A stretch of DNA of 64,000 bases, from the NCBI GenBank assembly GCA_951406725.2, contig OX597825.1, positions 2,666,001 through 2,730,000 of the forward strand, written 5' to 3'. Of this stretch, positions 40,905 through 54,845 are shown in pieces (positions within the stretch are counted from its first letter, which is position 1; every line of letters begins with the position of its first letter). The stretch is from Octopus vulgaris. Its lineage: Eukaryota. Below the pieces are notes generated by a model that saw only the letters and a list, made by a program, of their open reading frames with translations, made no database searches and was not told the origin of the DNA. The position numbers and the translations under genes were made by a program.

Positions 40905-41300
40905 ATTCGTTTCTTTGTTTCAGACAATTGACTGCGGCCATGTTGGAGCACTGCATTTAGTTGAACGAATCTCCACCAGGACTTATTTTCTGTAATTCTA
41001 GTACTTATTTTATCGTACTCTTTTACCGAACCACTAGGTTACGGGGACGTACTACACACCAACTACGGTTGGCAATCGATTATTTGTGACAACCTCAACA
41101 CACATACAAATACAAACACACATGCATATCTATATACGACGGGTTTCTTTCAGTTTCTCTCTACCAAATCCAATTACAATGCATTGGTCGTCCCGAGGCT
41201 ATAGTAGAAGACACTTGCTCAAGGTATCATGCAGAGGAATTGAACCCAGAAGTATGTGGTTGGAAAACAAGCTTCTAAAGATACAACTGCACATGCGCCT
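40905..41300 (-). mobile_element. Near full-length tRNA-derived octopus SINE
   Basis: Reverse-complement head GGCGCATGTGCAGTTG..GGGTTCAATTCC; internal (CA)-rich linker; family core shared with 14275 and 42880. Confidence 0.8.
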
Positions 41301-41549
41301 AAAGATAATTTTGATTTCAAATTTTGGCACAGGCCCAAGTAAGAACGGTGAAGAAAAGGAGGCGACTCGATTACATTGACCCCACTGCTGAGCTGGTCTG
41401 TACATTATCAACCACGAAGGATGAACAGCAAAGTCGCCCACGATGGAACAGGAATCAGAACATAAAGACGGACGAAATGCCCTTCGCTTGGTGTGCGAAC
41501 GATTCTACTAGCTCGCCGCATTTTTGTATACGCGTATTAAACATAAAGA

Positions 41550-41810
41550 CGTACATACCACAAAGGCTCATACGTCTGGAAAGGTGAACAAATTCATTTC
41601 ACAGATGTAAAGGCAGAATGTCAGAGAAAGTAGACGCATTTATGTTTTGGACAATTTTGTAATCGAGTAGCTAAAGATTTTGTAACTAATTTACGGATTT
41701 AAGATACATTTAGCATGGGGAAAATAGCCACGTGCTGACAGAAAAATCTGTATATGACACTCTTATATTTAAACCTTATTATAAATTCGAATGCATGGAG
41801 AAAGAAATAT
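41550..41810 (+). pseudogene. IL-17-like relic (3' part)
   Basis: VKAECQ..LCFGQFCNRV; SVY..FECM. Confidence 0.4.
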
Positions 41811-41899
41811 GGAATAAGGACTGAGTTTCCTAAGCGAGTAATCAGTTATTCTATATTTCAGATAAATATCTTATAGAAAATTTTTAAATTGTAAAGATT

Positions 41900-42310
41900 T
41901 CAAAATAATGTATCACGTCACTGTTGAAGGAAAGAAAATTATTAAAACAAAAATTTGTAATATTGTACGTGATGACACAAATAAGGGAATTATAAGCACA
42001 GCAGTCTGGAAGTAATTAGCAATTAATGAACTATTTAAAATATAGCACGTGAGCGAATCATTTAGAAATGAATAATAGAAATGTGTTTTATTTATATTTT
42101 TAATCTGCTTTAAAGGTTTAAAACAATGCAATTGGAATCAGAAGCCCAGCTGTTCCAGCTATAATCACTTGTTATAATATTCTGATTAGAAAGCTTTTAG
42201 ATTTTTGCTCCTATCAACGAATATAATGATGTGTTCCAAATTGCGCAGATCATATGAAAGTCAAAAGGAAAATTGTTTTTTTTTTTTTTGTGCAGGTATG
42301 TTAAACCATT
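41900..42310 (+). pseudogene. IL-17-like relic
   Basis: TKIC..STAVWK*; KCV..ICF; YNILI..FC; LCRYV. Confidence 0.4.
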
Positions 42311-42471
42311 TTTCAATAGTTAGAAAATCTGCGTATTAGAACACGATTAATAAAACTATATAGAATATCAAATCTAAAAATACAAAAATCGTTTAAAGTA
42401 TCTCTTGAAAAGTGGTCATATTTAAGGTAGATATACAATGTCATGTGTATTTTGAATTTACTTTTCTCCAG

Positions 42472-43127
42472 TGTAAATTATTAGCATGCTTCCGATACCC
42501 AGTTATCTGAGACATACACGAAAGGTCTTCGATTTAGAAGGATATGAATATTTCTTAATGTAAACTGATCAAATATATGGCGAAACACACGAAGAACTAT
42601 TGGACTCTATGAGAAAACATAAAGAACATTTGAAAATGCCTAATTAAAATAAGAATATAATTAAAAATATATATATGGGGTTGAGATCCTTGTATCTAAA
42701 ATTTTAAAAACAAAAACTCAAGTATGAGGAATAAGGGAGTAAAGTGTTATGATAGTTTTATGATGAGGATGACGAAAATAAAAATACTAAAACGAAAATG
42801 TCGCAACAAGAAATCTTTATCAGAAGAGGCAAGTAAAAAGTGAGTAGAATATAAAAGTCAATAAGCTTCTTCTCTTAGTTATTTATTTGTTTCAGTCATT
42901 TGATTGCGGCAGTGCTGCCATCAAATGGTTCTCAGCCGCAGAAATAGAGAACGGGACTTATTCTTTGCAAGCCTAGTACATATTATGTCGACCCTTTTTA
43001 CCGAACCGCTAGGCTACGAACCGGGGTCTTAAACATACCAACATCGGTTGTCAAGCGTTGGTGGTGGTGGGGGACAAGCACACTCATGAATACAAACATA
43101 TACACTGAGAGACAGGCACACATATAT

Positions 43128-43158
<31 letters not shown>

Positions 43159-43170
43159 CATACATACATA

Positions 43171-43226
<56 letters not shown>

Positions 43227-43525
43227 ATACATATGTATATATATATATATATATATGAATATTCGACGGGTTTCTTTCAGTTTCCTTCTACTAAATCCAC
43301 TTATAAGACTTTGACCAGCTTTGCTAATCTTATACATATAGGTCTTTAATAAAAAAATTTTATGGTTCGCTGTTGTCATGCTTAAACGAAAATGTGATAA
43401 ACGTATACATACAACAGAATTGAAACTGCAATAATTTGAGATTATAATGGCATTCTGGAATACGAACTGAAATGGAATGGTAAAAGCACACTATTCAACG
43501 AGACTCAGCGAATGGCAGAATGACC
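42472..43525 (+). pseudogene. IL17: IL-17-like pseudogene split by a SINE
   Basis: GT 42427, AG 42471; GLRS; FYDEDDENKI (42759); after the SINE, RKCDK and [10 protein letters not shown] (43446). Confidence 0.6.
42880..43330 (-). mobile_element. Octopus SINE with an internal (TA)n expansion
   Basis: Same family as 40905-41300. Confidence 0.75.
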
Positions 43526-43539
43526 GTAATCAGGAATAT

Positions 43540-43900
43540 GACAATTCTCACAGACAGAGATATTAATGCTAATTGTGGAGATGCCATTTTCCAAATTTCA
43601 ATAAGTAAAGAATATCTCCTAATAGTTGTATCAAAATGTGTCTGAAAGAAATGGAAGAACCATGCAAATAGAAAGACACCTAAGTAGAGATTGGAAAAAA
43701 AGAGAAATAAATCGTATAATAAGAGTTGCTTTAGGAATGGGAAAGAGTATGTAAATAAATATGCAAACAAAAATCCACAAAAAGAACACAAGACAACAAA
43801 CAGATGATAGCATTAATAGGTATTGACTATATAATATATATAGAGAGATATTGGCAAACAACGACAATGAAACCAAAACAGAAAACCGCACATGACCGGG
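43540..43900 (+). pseudogene. IL-17-like relic (weak)
   Basis: NANC; SKCV*..NHANRKTP..LE; KSCF. Confidence 0.3.
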
Positions 43901-44432
43901 CTACAAAATATGTGCTCTGATCTGAAGTGAATTAATACGATAAAAATACAAGAGAAATACTACTGCCAGTTTTGCTGATGCTGCAACTACTAAACTTAAT
44001 CTTACGATTACTACTACTACTAATAATAATAATATCGACTTATATATTTTGGCACAAGTCGTGGAATTTTGAGAGGAACAAACACGTCGATTACATCGGA
44101 ACCAGTATTCGACAGGATAAGAGAATATTGCGCAAATATTTATTTTAGACGCTGTAACAAGTCTGCGATCTCACCTCTTTCTCATAAGTTTTTCTTCAAC
44201 AGATAAATGGCTCAAAATTTTGGTGAGACATGGTCAGTCGATTACCTCAAGTCCGTTGCTCGAATGGTATTTATTCTATCGACTAAAAAACGAAATGATA
44301 AAAGGCGAAATTTACTTTGACGAGATTTAAACTTAGAATGTAAAACCAGAAAAACATAATGCTGCAAAGACTTTCCACTGGCATGCTATCAATTCGGTCA
44401 AACTCATCGCTTACAGGCAGTGAAATGAAAAG

Positions 44433-44750
<318 letters not shown>

Positions 44751-44930
44751 TCAAAAATACTTTAGAAATGAGAACCCAGGTTCGAAATTTCCCCAAGACA
44801 CCTGATGATGGCTGGTGGGTATATCAGCCGAAACGTTGTGCTAACAACAAGCAAGATGAGGACACATATCCGTCAAATGTTAATAATGTAAATAATGTAC
44901 ATAATTCCTCATCTCTTAAATATAGAGCTG
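44751..44930 (+). mobile_element. Penelope-like terminal fragment
   Basis: Follows the (AAT)n tract and carries a minimal hammerhead motif. Confidence 0.55.
44797..44842 (+). ncRNA. Minimal (dimeric-type) hammerhead ribozyme motif
   Basis: gacac-CTGATGA-t-ggctg..cagcc-GAAAC-GTT-gtg: 5-bp stem II and palindromic ACGT stem III. Confidence 0.6.
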
Positions 44931-45592
44931 CATTATCAATATTGTTTGATGGTTTCTGCTTGTGTCAGAAAATGACTTGTTTTCATTGGACGGTGTAGTT
45001 GATAGTTTGGACACCCAATGAAATTAGAAGAGCGTTCAGATTAATCGACATTAACGTTCGAAATATTATTGTTATTGCTGATGCTACAGTTGTTACATTT
45101 ATTTTAATATTAACAGACATAGAAAGACGGCCAATTAGTAGAATGTAATGACACTTTATAGAATTTTAGTGACACTTCGTCATTTTTTAAGTTGTGTTCA
45201 AATTCCAGCACGGTGAATTTTGTCTTTTAACATATCAGGGTCGGTAAAATACATACCAGTTGAGGGCTGATGTCGATATAATCGAATTAGCTCCTTTGTC
45301 AAGATGTCTGGTCTTGTGCCAAAATTTGAAATCAATATGAAGAGAAGAGGCAGAATCATTAAAAATTTGGATAAATGTTAACCTGTTTTTTTTCCCCGAT
45401 TGTTTACTTTTAAAATTCAAATGTATTACACGTTCACAAATTAGAGTTCAAGGCACGTACAACGGTTGATGACACTGATTACTCCATATTCAGACGAAGT
45501 ATGTCGCTGCTGCCACAATTACAGAGAAATGTTATTGTTTATGATATTGCTGTTGTTGTTGTTGTTGCTGTTGTTGTTTTTGTTGTTGTTGC

Positions 45593-45687
<95 letters not shown>

Positions 45688-45999
45688 TAGTTGGGAAATT
45701 GGTAAGAAAAACTTACAAAGAAAGGCATAGTTTAAAAGTAAATCAGATTTACACTTCAATAGATTATTAAGTATTTCTCATCGAGTTTCAAATATATATA
45801 CGTGTGTGTGAGTGTGGGAGTGTGTATGTAAGAGAGAGAGAGAGAGAGGGGGTGCGTGTATCTGTTTGGGCCTGTATGTGTATGCATTTACACATGTATG
45901 TTTATATATATATACATACATACATTCATACATACATACATTCATACATATATATATATAATTTAGAAACGTTTAACTTAAGTTGATAATAATGATATC

Positions 46000-46312
46000 C
46001 GATGTGAGTATATGTATAAGAAAAGGTAAGGAAAGAGATCGAAGTGTTTCTGCCCATGAATTCTGTCGCTGTTGCCCGTCATAAAAATATATTTACTAAG
46101 CGGTGTCGCGTTAAAATAAGTGAAAATTGAGGCTTGACCAAATTTAATATTTTGGAATGCCACAAGAGTCTTCTCTTTACACAGGAAGCATCTGCATTGA
46201 AGAGAGATATTTTAACAAATATTATGTAACATGCAGTGACAATTTATATTCTCCGCCATGAGGCCGTGTTAGTGTGTACTTGTGAATTATTGATTACAAC
46301 CTGTTCAGATTG
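46000..46312 (+). pseudogene. IL17: IL-17-like pseudogene
   Basis: RDRS/FCP* (46037-46059); LECHK..ALKR; IYILRHEAVLVCTC (46272). Confidence 0.7.
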
Positions 46313-46409
46313 ACACATAAAAGACTTTGTTAGCCATCGTACTGTTTCTGAAGTAGGATCTTCACCAGAAAATAGAAACATATATTTAAGATTAGCAAAA
46401 GTGAAGTAG

Positions 46410-46850
46410 TTGTTTGCTGCCAGTACAAAGTTTCCTTTCACTCTGAGAGAGAGGTTAACACATCTAACACGTTTCGCTTATTCCGATATATCTTGTCGAC
46501 ATATCTCTAGTTGCAGCAGCATTACCCCAACTCTATATATGGCCCTTTATTTTCCTTTTAGTTCATATTCTTTTCTGCGTGTTTGTAGCAGCATCCATGA
46601 TCTGAAAACCGGTAAAATATTCCCAGCGTGAACAACCACCAAATAGCGATGTTGAAATCTGTCAAGGTCTTTCAGTGTTGTGGTTAGTGTACCTAATTAA
46701 GGCTTGTTCAGATGTTATTTACTCAGAGTTGCAGAGTTCTGTACATTGTCATTCTCTTCACGGTGTCTTTGTCCGAAGCTCTCCGCATTTATATAAGTAT
46801 TTGGCTTGAAATAGACGTGAATACTTTGTTCGTTATATTTTGCAGAATAA
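46410..46850 (+). pseudogene. IL-17-like pseudogene
   Basis: DISCR; HD..IFPA..RC; QSCRVLYIVI; IYISIWLEIDV. Confidence 0.55.
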
Positions 46851-46899
46851 ATGTGAAGCCATGCAAACAGGAAACGTGCCAAATGTATAGTTAGATGTC

Positions 46900-47230
46900 A
46901 TCATATCTGTACAGCATACATGTAGCCTAAGGGCAAGCATTCTAAGCTTAGATGTAAACACACGATACTACCAGTCTGTGCGTAGTTTTCCCTCTTTCCT
47001 AGCTTTTACACTAGTCCACATATTACAATGAGGGTTAGAACAGGTCATTTAGGTATGAAAACCATTTCAAAGTTTCCTGTTCGTCATTTGCTTTGATTTG
47101 AATGAGATGAGCTCATTGCAGTTTTGCTCTTACGTCGCACCCATTCTACGTTCGAACGTGGATTCGTGTTTGCTCAGTCGTCTGAAAGAACGCTAACGTT
47201 TACATTGACAATTACTTACTTCACGAGCAT
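46900..47230 (+). pseudogene. IL-17-like relic
   Basis: HTC..DVNTR..SFPSFLA; VLLLRRT..RGFVF. Confidence 0.35.
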
Positions 47231-47439
47231 ATGACCAAGCGCCCTCTACAAGTTCCATGTCGGTGGAAAAATATAGCTATTAACTCTTTTAAATTAATAA
47301 GCACTAACAGCATTAATCGACTCTGATTCTTCTGCACCTCTATCGATTCTGCTCAAGTTCTTCTAATGAAAACGCCATAGTAAAATTCATGCTGCTCACT
47401 CGTGTGAAATCTCGACAGCTTACAGTTTTCTGCTGTCAG

Positions 47440-47950
47440 TAATACACAACTTCTAATCGTTATGTTGATGGCACTGACTCCTGTTTGTGTTGAACCTACT
47501 GAACATAAATGTTTTATGAGCGTAGAGGAAAACGGGAAAATATCCAGTAGCTTTCCTATGTCTCTCGCCTAATTAATTATCTAGCTTTAACATCGATCAC
47601 CAGTTACGCTTTGTCCAAATTCACGTTGTGCTTTATGCTAAAATCAGTCATTTACGGGGATAGCTATTTGGAAATTGCTTGAGTAAGTTTGCAAATGTTG
47701 GAAAATGTCCCCTCTTTTGGTAGTTTCCATGCTTGCTCGTACTCTGTCCAACATCGAGAGTAATTTTATATGACTCACAAGTAATTGTTGGAGACTGTTG
47801 GATTCTAGTGTTGCGCTATTCTTTTAATTTTGGCCACACATGTCAAGGTATTGTTTATTAGATACTTCTTGTTGAACTTAGGTTAACACTCTGATGTTTA
47901 CAGTGATGTTTTAGGGGTTTGGTGGTTCTTTTTTTTTGTAATCTAATGAG
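47440..47950 (+). pseudogene. IL-17-like pseudogene
   Basis: Signal LLIVMLMALT..HKC; VIYGDS; ART/CP; LLE..C; HTCQGIVY*ILLV. Confidence 0.55.
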
Positions 47951-48129
47951 AGCATTTCTTTATCTGTTCATAAAACTTTATAAACTCATGTCTAGGATGC
48001 AATATAATCGTTTATTTTGCCTTCTCCTTTTAAAGGGGTTTTATAATAACGTCTATTTCTTTATGCCAGTTCACGAAAGATGTAGATGAAAATCCCGAGA
48101 CCAAGAGGAGATAGGGAACAAAACTATAT

Positions 48130-48590
48130 TAGCACAGGCGTGTTCTGTTTACATTTATGTATTTAGTATAAGTTAAAGGAAGGTGGTGCGTCTTTATTCG
48201 AGTAAAATTCTTAGATCTATGATTTTTTTGTTACTCAATATAAAGGCTTTACTTTGCTATCTGACCTTTAGACCTATAGGCTCTTAAACAATACTCATCT
48301 TGGTACATAATGCTGCAAAGTGTATGAGGATCTAAACTATAATTGACGCATTACAGTGAACTGGGCTACAGATGCCGAGTGAAATATAACTTGAACTCTC
48401 TTGTATCAGCAAAGTGGGAGAAGCCTACATGCTTTCACATGACTCGGAGACAAATTTCTATCACGTTATGGTTTACATTCTTCGACGGTTGCCGTTGGTT
48501 TGAATTTCTTCACCACTAAATCACACTATAAGCATCAGATAATTTCCTTTGATGATGTCAAAAGCTATTGAACATACATTCTGCTGATGA
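48130..48590 (+). pseudogene. IL-17-like relic
   Basis: YSSWY; YRC; PTCF; VYILRR; HYK..SY*TY. Confidence 0.45.
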
Positions 48591-48970
48591 CAGCATCACG
48601 CGAGTTGTCATTTTGATGCGCATAGAAATATCACGGAATTAAGTACTGAGAATATCTGTAGATAACACATGTACACACATACAAACACAGACACACACAC
48701 ACATGCACACACACACACACGAATGCAGGTTTTCTCTCTCACAAACACACATAATTACATTCAACAATATGCGGTCAATAACACGCACATTTTCAAATAC
48801 GTCGGCTGATAAACGTGCAAATATATGACATGATGTTATAAGTCCAGCTTCTCTATTCCAGTTATTATCGTATTTTATTATTTTAGTAAACGAACTAAAT
48901 AATAAAGTCAACGGGAAGAGAATAATTCTGTACATTATCTCGCGTTTTCGCATATGAGTATTAGTATACA

Positions 48971-49053
<83 letters not shown>

Positions 49054-49090
49054 GTTCATATGTTCGTAAATATACATAAATATGTATATT

Positions 49091-49153
<63 letters not shown>

Positions 49154-49259
49154 ATGTTTGCATATATATATATATATCGGTTTAAGAGGCAGAAACAACT
49201 TGACGCAACTCAATCAATATTGAACAACATTATCTATGATAGAGATATATAAGATTAAA

Positions 49260-49890
49260 TATTATCAACATAATACTTGCACTTACACTGATTCATATAC
49301 ATTACGCGCGTTTCATGACTACGCACGTTTCATGACAATAGACCTAGCGATATTGTCGAAATTCAATACTTTATCTATCCAACTATACTGCCATTCTTCA
49401 GGTCTGGATTGTTTAAAACTGTTTTACTATTTCGATAATTAAAATTATACATTTAGAAATCATCGATATAATTTATCTTAACTAAAAACGAACGAAATAA
49501 AGCATAAAAATAGGAAAAAGAAAAAGTAAATTTAACTTAATATTTTCTTTTTTGTAATTCCCCTTGCTCGCCTCGAATTGATTATGGCTACTGGTTGAAT
49601 AACGTGTATTCTATCCTAGAGAGCTCCAACGTAGTCTTCTTTAAACAGGCAGATATCAAATTAACTTTCACCATGACGATATTATTAAGTGTTTGATTGA
49701 AAGCTTACAAGATTCTACATGTCTGTCATCACTCATTCAGCGTCAGCTCATGAGGCTTTAGTTCACCCAACCATATATTTATACTAGCTTAAAAGCCGCT
49801 CGATAGGGCGGCTTTTAACGTAGCGCCTGCAGAAAAGTCTTCATTAGGCCTTGGGCTCAACAATGACGCTTCGTGTATTGAGTACAATAT
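49260..49890 (+). pseudogene. IL-17-like pseudogene
   Basis: Signal NIILALTLIH; SPCSP; LQRSL..YQINF..LIES..TCL; QPYIY..SAC..PW; ASCI. Confidence 0.55.
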
Positions 49891-49929
49891 TAAATTTTAT
49901 TAAACCCGACCAATATTCTTCAAGCTATG

Positions 49930-50400
49930 AACAATTTTCATCGATATAAGGATATAATTTGTCGACCTGGAACTTATTGCTATGCTGCATGGTAAGCAAC
50001 ATTTTTGTCTTCCCATTCTGTGTCAGTACAAATATATTGTTTCCATTCCTTACACATAGCAGGCCGTACGCAACAATAAACCTTATAAAAGTTGAACGGA
50101 AATGCTCTGCCGCTACTTAATTTAAAGACAATTTAATGCACGTAGGGCCTACCTTTCGTACAAGCAATTATTTTGCAGTAGTTGGTACTGGTACGTATCT
50201 AAACTCCGGTGTGTCGTGTGAAGGAAAATCACACCCCTGTCGCTAAACACTATTCGAAAGTGTGATTTTTATGGTTCGGAATTGCTGTAAACGTATTTCA
50301 CTGTAAAGTAATAAGGTAATAATAAAATTAGTCGAAACTATTTTCACGCAGTCGGAGTTCGCTAAGTTTCCGACGGCCGCCGACATGAAAATACATCCGG
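49930..50400 (+). pseudogene. IL-17-like relic
   Basis: IICRP; LIKVERKC; CSSWYW; HP..TLFES; NCC. Confidence 0.4.
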
Positions 50401-50891
50401 CAAATTTTATTATATATCTGAAAAAATACTAAGCTTCCAACACTTTTAGAGTACAGAGTTGTGAGAGGAAATATTGTATGAGAGAGTGAGTTCAATACGT
50501 ATTTCTGTTCTGAACATTATGAAGCACGTTTTATGGTTAAGTTACTTGATACACTTATAATACTTAGAGAAATAGTTTTTTTCAAAATGTTAGAATTAAG
50601 ATAAAAACCAAGAATGAAGAATAGTCGAAGAGTGGTTGAAGAGGTAGAGAGGGGTGAATCACGAGGAATAGTAGACAGTCATTGAATAGTGAGAGAGGGG
50701 TTTGGATGAGTAAAGTTGGAAAAGTGTGACACACCGACACACTAACATTCGCTTTCGCATTTATCATAATAGATAAGATTAAGAAAAACTAAAAGAATAA
50801 TAGAAGTATCATTGAAGAATGAGAGAGTGGTAAAGCGTGAGGAATGGTAGAAGTGTCATTGAATAGTGAGAGAGGCAAAGTATGGGGAATA

Positions 50892-51140
50892 TTAGAAATG
50901 TTGGTAAACATTGCACTTGCCTCTTTCCTCTTTGTTCTTATATAGGCTGGCAATGTTGTAATCTGTCATGTCTTGCGCGACTGTTCTCTCCTCCAAGCAC
51001 TGATATAGTAGCTTCACCAAGTGGCTAAATAGTACACTCCTTGCACATCTGATGATCCCTAATGTCCAAACCCTGTGCTTTTCCACTGCACAAGTAATCA
51101 GTGGCTCTGCTCAGTTCTTCCTCCGAGATGTTTACCATGG
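50892..51140 (-). mobile_element. RTE/BovB-like LINE RT fragment
   Basis: [14 protein letters not shown] and LYQCLEE..QDM..IASLYKNKEERGKC match the RT N-terminal region. Confidence 0.75.
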
Positions 51141-51183
<43 letters not shown>

Positions 51184-51215
51184 CATATAAATAATATATA
51201 TATATACATATACAT

Positions 51216-51322
<107 letters not shown>

Positions 51323-51790
51323 TAGAGACAGAGACAGAGAGAGATAGCAAGGTATAAATAATGGTCGTTACATTTTTATGTTAGTAAATTCGACTTACAG
51401 CTGTGCCCGACAGTCATTATAGATTAGCTCTGTGATCCGTTTCCTCAATTAATCCATTGATAGGTTAAGAAAAGTTTAAAAGCTTTAATAAAATAATACA
51501 ATCCTCATGTAAACACAGAAATTTTATTTAAGCAAAACTGGCGATTGCATCGTAGTTTTATTGAATGCGTGTAGCAAAATGCCGTCCAGGTTGTATGGAT
51601 GGATGTGTGTGTGTACTTGCGGTATATGGATTTCTGATCTTTCCATTTGATTCTGAATGTCGGTAATTGGGGCTAATATTTATTTTAGCCTGTGGGTAAT
51701 CCATTAGTGGTGTTATGCCAACCGACTATGATACAAAATAAATGAAAGAAAACTTTCCACCTTTTATAAACTGCTTAGAAGAGTGCAAGT

Positions 51791-52540
51791 ATGAAAACGA
51801 GAAACTTCTTCTTGTATACGTTTTATCAAATTCTGTGTATAGTAGTTGTCGTTAGGGCGTATACCACTCCAGCATCGCCGAAGAAGTTGTTAAAAATTTT
51901 TGAAAGCTATTGTTTTTATGAAGCTATTAGAAGTGTCTTATATAATCTGCATAAGTTAATCGCATCTTAGTGTGACATATCATTTGCAAATTAATTGTAT
52001 GAAAATATGCTTGACGAATTAAATGCTAAAGATAAAAGAAATTAGAAAAATATATCTACAACAACGATTCAATTTAATTTTCGCTAGTCGAGATTATATG
52101 AATGCTATATATTCAGAATGATATTTAAATTAATGTACATTAGTAGTTTTAAAATGTCGAATGGCTTTTAATAATGATGAAACTACATAGTGCGTATCTT
52201 ACTAAAATGCGTAAAAGCAGATATGCAGATACGTCAATGAGTATGTATTAGAAATGATTCAACGTGCATTAGAATTGATTAAGGTAGATTAAGAAAAAGA
52301 GGATGTGTCAATATAAATTGAAGAATTTAATGTCTATATTACAGATAAGACCAATCGCAGAAACGAAGTTAGAATATAAATAATTCTTGGTATATAAAAC
52401 TGCATAAGTTTAAATTTGCAGGTGTTAGCTCGTTATTTCCGCTTTGCCCAGATCAGAGGTGATCGAATTAGTTTGGCATTAAGGGCTATACATATATGAC
52501 ATATATTTTTAACGTATATCTAGGTCAACAACATTTCTTT
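51791..52540 (+). pseudogene. IL-17-like pseudogene
   Basis: Signal MKTRNFFLYTFYQILCIVVVVRA; RMCQY..IAETK; NCI..QVLAR; GYTY..NVYLG. Confidence 0.45.
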
Positions 52541-52779
52541 TAGACTTTCCTTATTGACAATTTTGACTCAAGATTTATTAGAAGGTAAGTTAATCTCTTC
52601 ATGCCTTTTATGTCCTAATTCTAAAGTTCTTGTATTATCACCTACTGGTGTGAACGTTAAATAATCGTTCAGGTATATGAGGTAATGAATTTACTTATAT
52701 AACTTAAGATGTACAATCAATCATTAACCATATTATAATCATAATGACCGGTCCCCGTTTACACGATATAATCTACATA

Positions 52780-53169
52780 TTCTAGTTATTTTGGCTGCTT
52801 TTATTCGCGATAGGTTTCTGTCGCTGTTGTTGTTCTTTATAAGTTTTAAAAGCCACCAGGAAAGGGTGGAAATCTACAAATTCGAAGGATGATATAAGTT
52901 CCCCAAAATTGCTGGAACTCAAGCTTTCACATCAGGGATAAGATTCTATGTGCAATTCAAATACAAAACGTTCCTGAGACATATTCACTGTCCTATACTG
53001 GAATCACTAGCCTAACACAATACTGTTATGAAATGATATACTCTTGTCAAATATTTGGAATTTGCAAAGATAATCTGGAATTCGATTGAGGAAAGAAAAT
53101 TTCCGAATGACCTGTCCTTGATTTTTTTGTATCGTCTATCTGGATGTTTTGCGTTCTTGTCCCATTTTG

Positions 53170-53216
<47 letters not shown>

Positions 53217-53260
53217 CATACATGCATCCATATACATATATATATATATATTTATCTATC

Positions 53261-53329
<69 letters not shown>

Positions 53330-53460
53330 CATGTATGCATCAAGAGTGTAATTGTTAAGAAGCATAAAAGCATTGGTTTTAGGTTGCATTGCTTCTGGTT
53401 GATAAAAGTTGTGTGAATATCAATCTTTGTGAGTGCGTGTCTTCATTTATTACGCGCGTA
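52780..53460 (+). pseudogene. IL-17-like pseudogene split by (TA)n
   Basis: HIHCP; [12 protein letters not shown]; HVC; V*ISIFVSACL. Confidence 0.55.
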
Positions 53461-53970
53461 TGTTTTTTTCTCTATATTTCCGTTTGCGAGAACGTGTATG
53501 TGCATATATGTGTATGTGTGTATCAGTGTGTGTGTGGTTGCGTATTTTCAGTCGGTAAATTATGTATTTAAATTTGGGTTTCATTCTATGTACGAGTCAA
53601 GATCTGTTCTGTTATAAATATCAATTTTCTACTCTTCTTTGATCGTATCATGACACTTCAATTTCATACCCAGTCACATCGCACTAATAACGTCTGCAGC
53701 AGTGTTGCTCATGGAATATTCAAAGTTAAAACCACTGTAGACACTCAATTTCCTATTTTATATTCATCTCATATAGCGAAAAATCAACTTAACTTCTTCA
53801 CATGTTTTTAGTTCTCCGCATTCCATTTTTGAGGTACTTTTACATAAACATATCTTAAGTTCTTTTATATAATTTTTATTTAATAACGTTTTTTGGTCTT
53901 TTAATGTCGTTTTCCCCACTTTCTTCCAAGTTGACTTTGACTTGATGTCTCTATAATAATTTCATATTCA

Positions 53971-54040
<70 letters not shown>

Positions 54041-54199
54041 CATATTTATACACACATACAAATATATTTATACATACACATATCTACGTACATATATTCA
54101 TGTGTGTAGGTATGTATGTAAGCGTGTGCGTATGTATATATTCATATAGATATCGTTACAACATGCATTCACATATATTGACAAATAATTTCCAGCCAT

Positions 54200-54540
54200 T
54201 GCTCTCTATTTCAGACCGCGTATAGACAACTACATTATCCAATTTACATGTAAACATTATTTTGAAGTGTTTCCAAACTGTAATTTCTAGCCGGTCCATA
54301 TGGCAGATCATCACTTGTTTGTACGTGTTTACAGTAATTTTATTTAACGATAATTCACCCTTGATGAAACGGAAATATATTCAAACATGCTTTATGCATG
54401 GCAATCTCAAATGCGATTTCGTGCACAGCAAAGATTCACTCGGTAACGCATTCTTTTATTTTAATATTTGAAACCAGTACTATGTTGTTTAAATGTGATT
54501 TCGTGGCTGCTTCAGTGAGTTCAAGTTACAAAGTTAATAT
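54200..54540 (+). pseudogene. IL-17-like pseudogene
   Basis: ISSRSIW; TCFMHGNLKCDFV. Confidence 0.5.
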
Positions 54541-54619
54541 TCATGTTAAATCGGTTATACACGGCAGACATATACATAGAAGGATATAAAAACATAAACG
54601 TTACGCACGCACACTAACA

Positions 54620-54845
54620 CAATGGCCTTCAGAGTGTGAATGATTCAAGAGTTGGGAACTGCTTTTGTCAATGTGAAGAGAATGAATATCCTGTATCTTA
54701 CAAGGATTTGACGCGTTGGATCCACTTAATATGCAATAGGATAGATAACGGCTGTTTATTGATTCAATTACATAATTATCTTCTTACAAGGAAATATAAA
54801 TTATATGCATGTTTGTGCTGTAGTTGTCCTCGTTTTCTTGCTTAG
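54620..54845 (+). pseudogene. Internally deleted IL-17-like relic
   Basis: EENEYP..IC..NGCL..YACLC in one open frame. Confidence 0.4.

Noticed and set aside
49789-49818. Terminator-like hairpin TTAAAAGCCGC..GCGGCTTTTAA
   Set aside because: Eukaryotic context with no bacterial genes; a single short palindrome.
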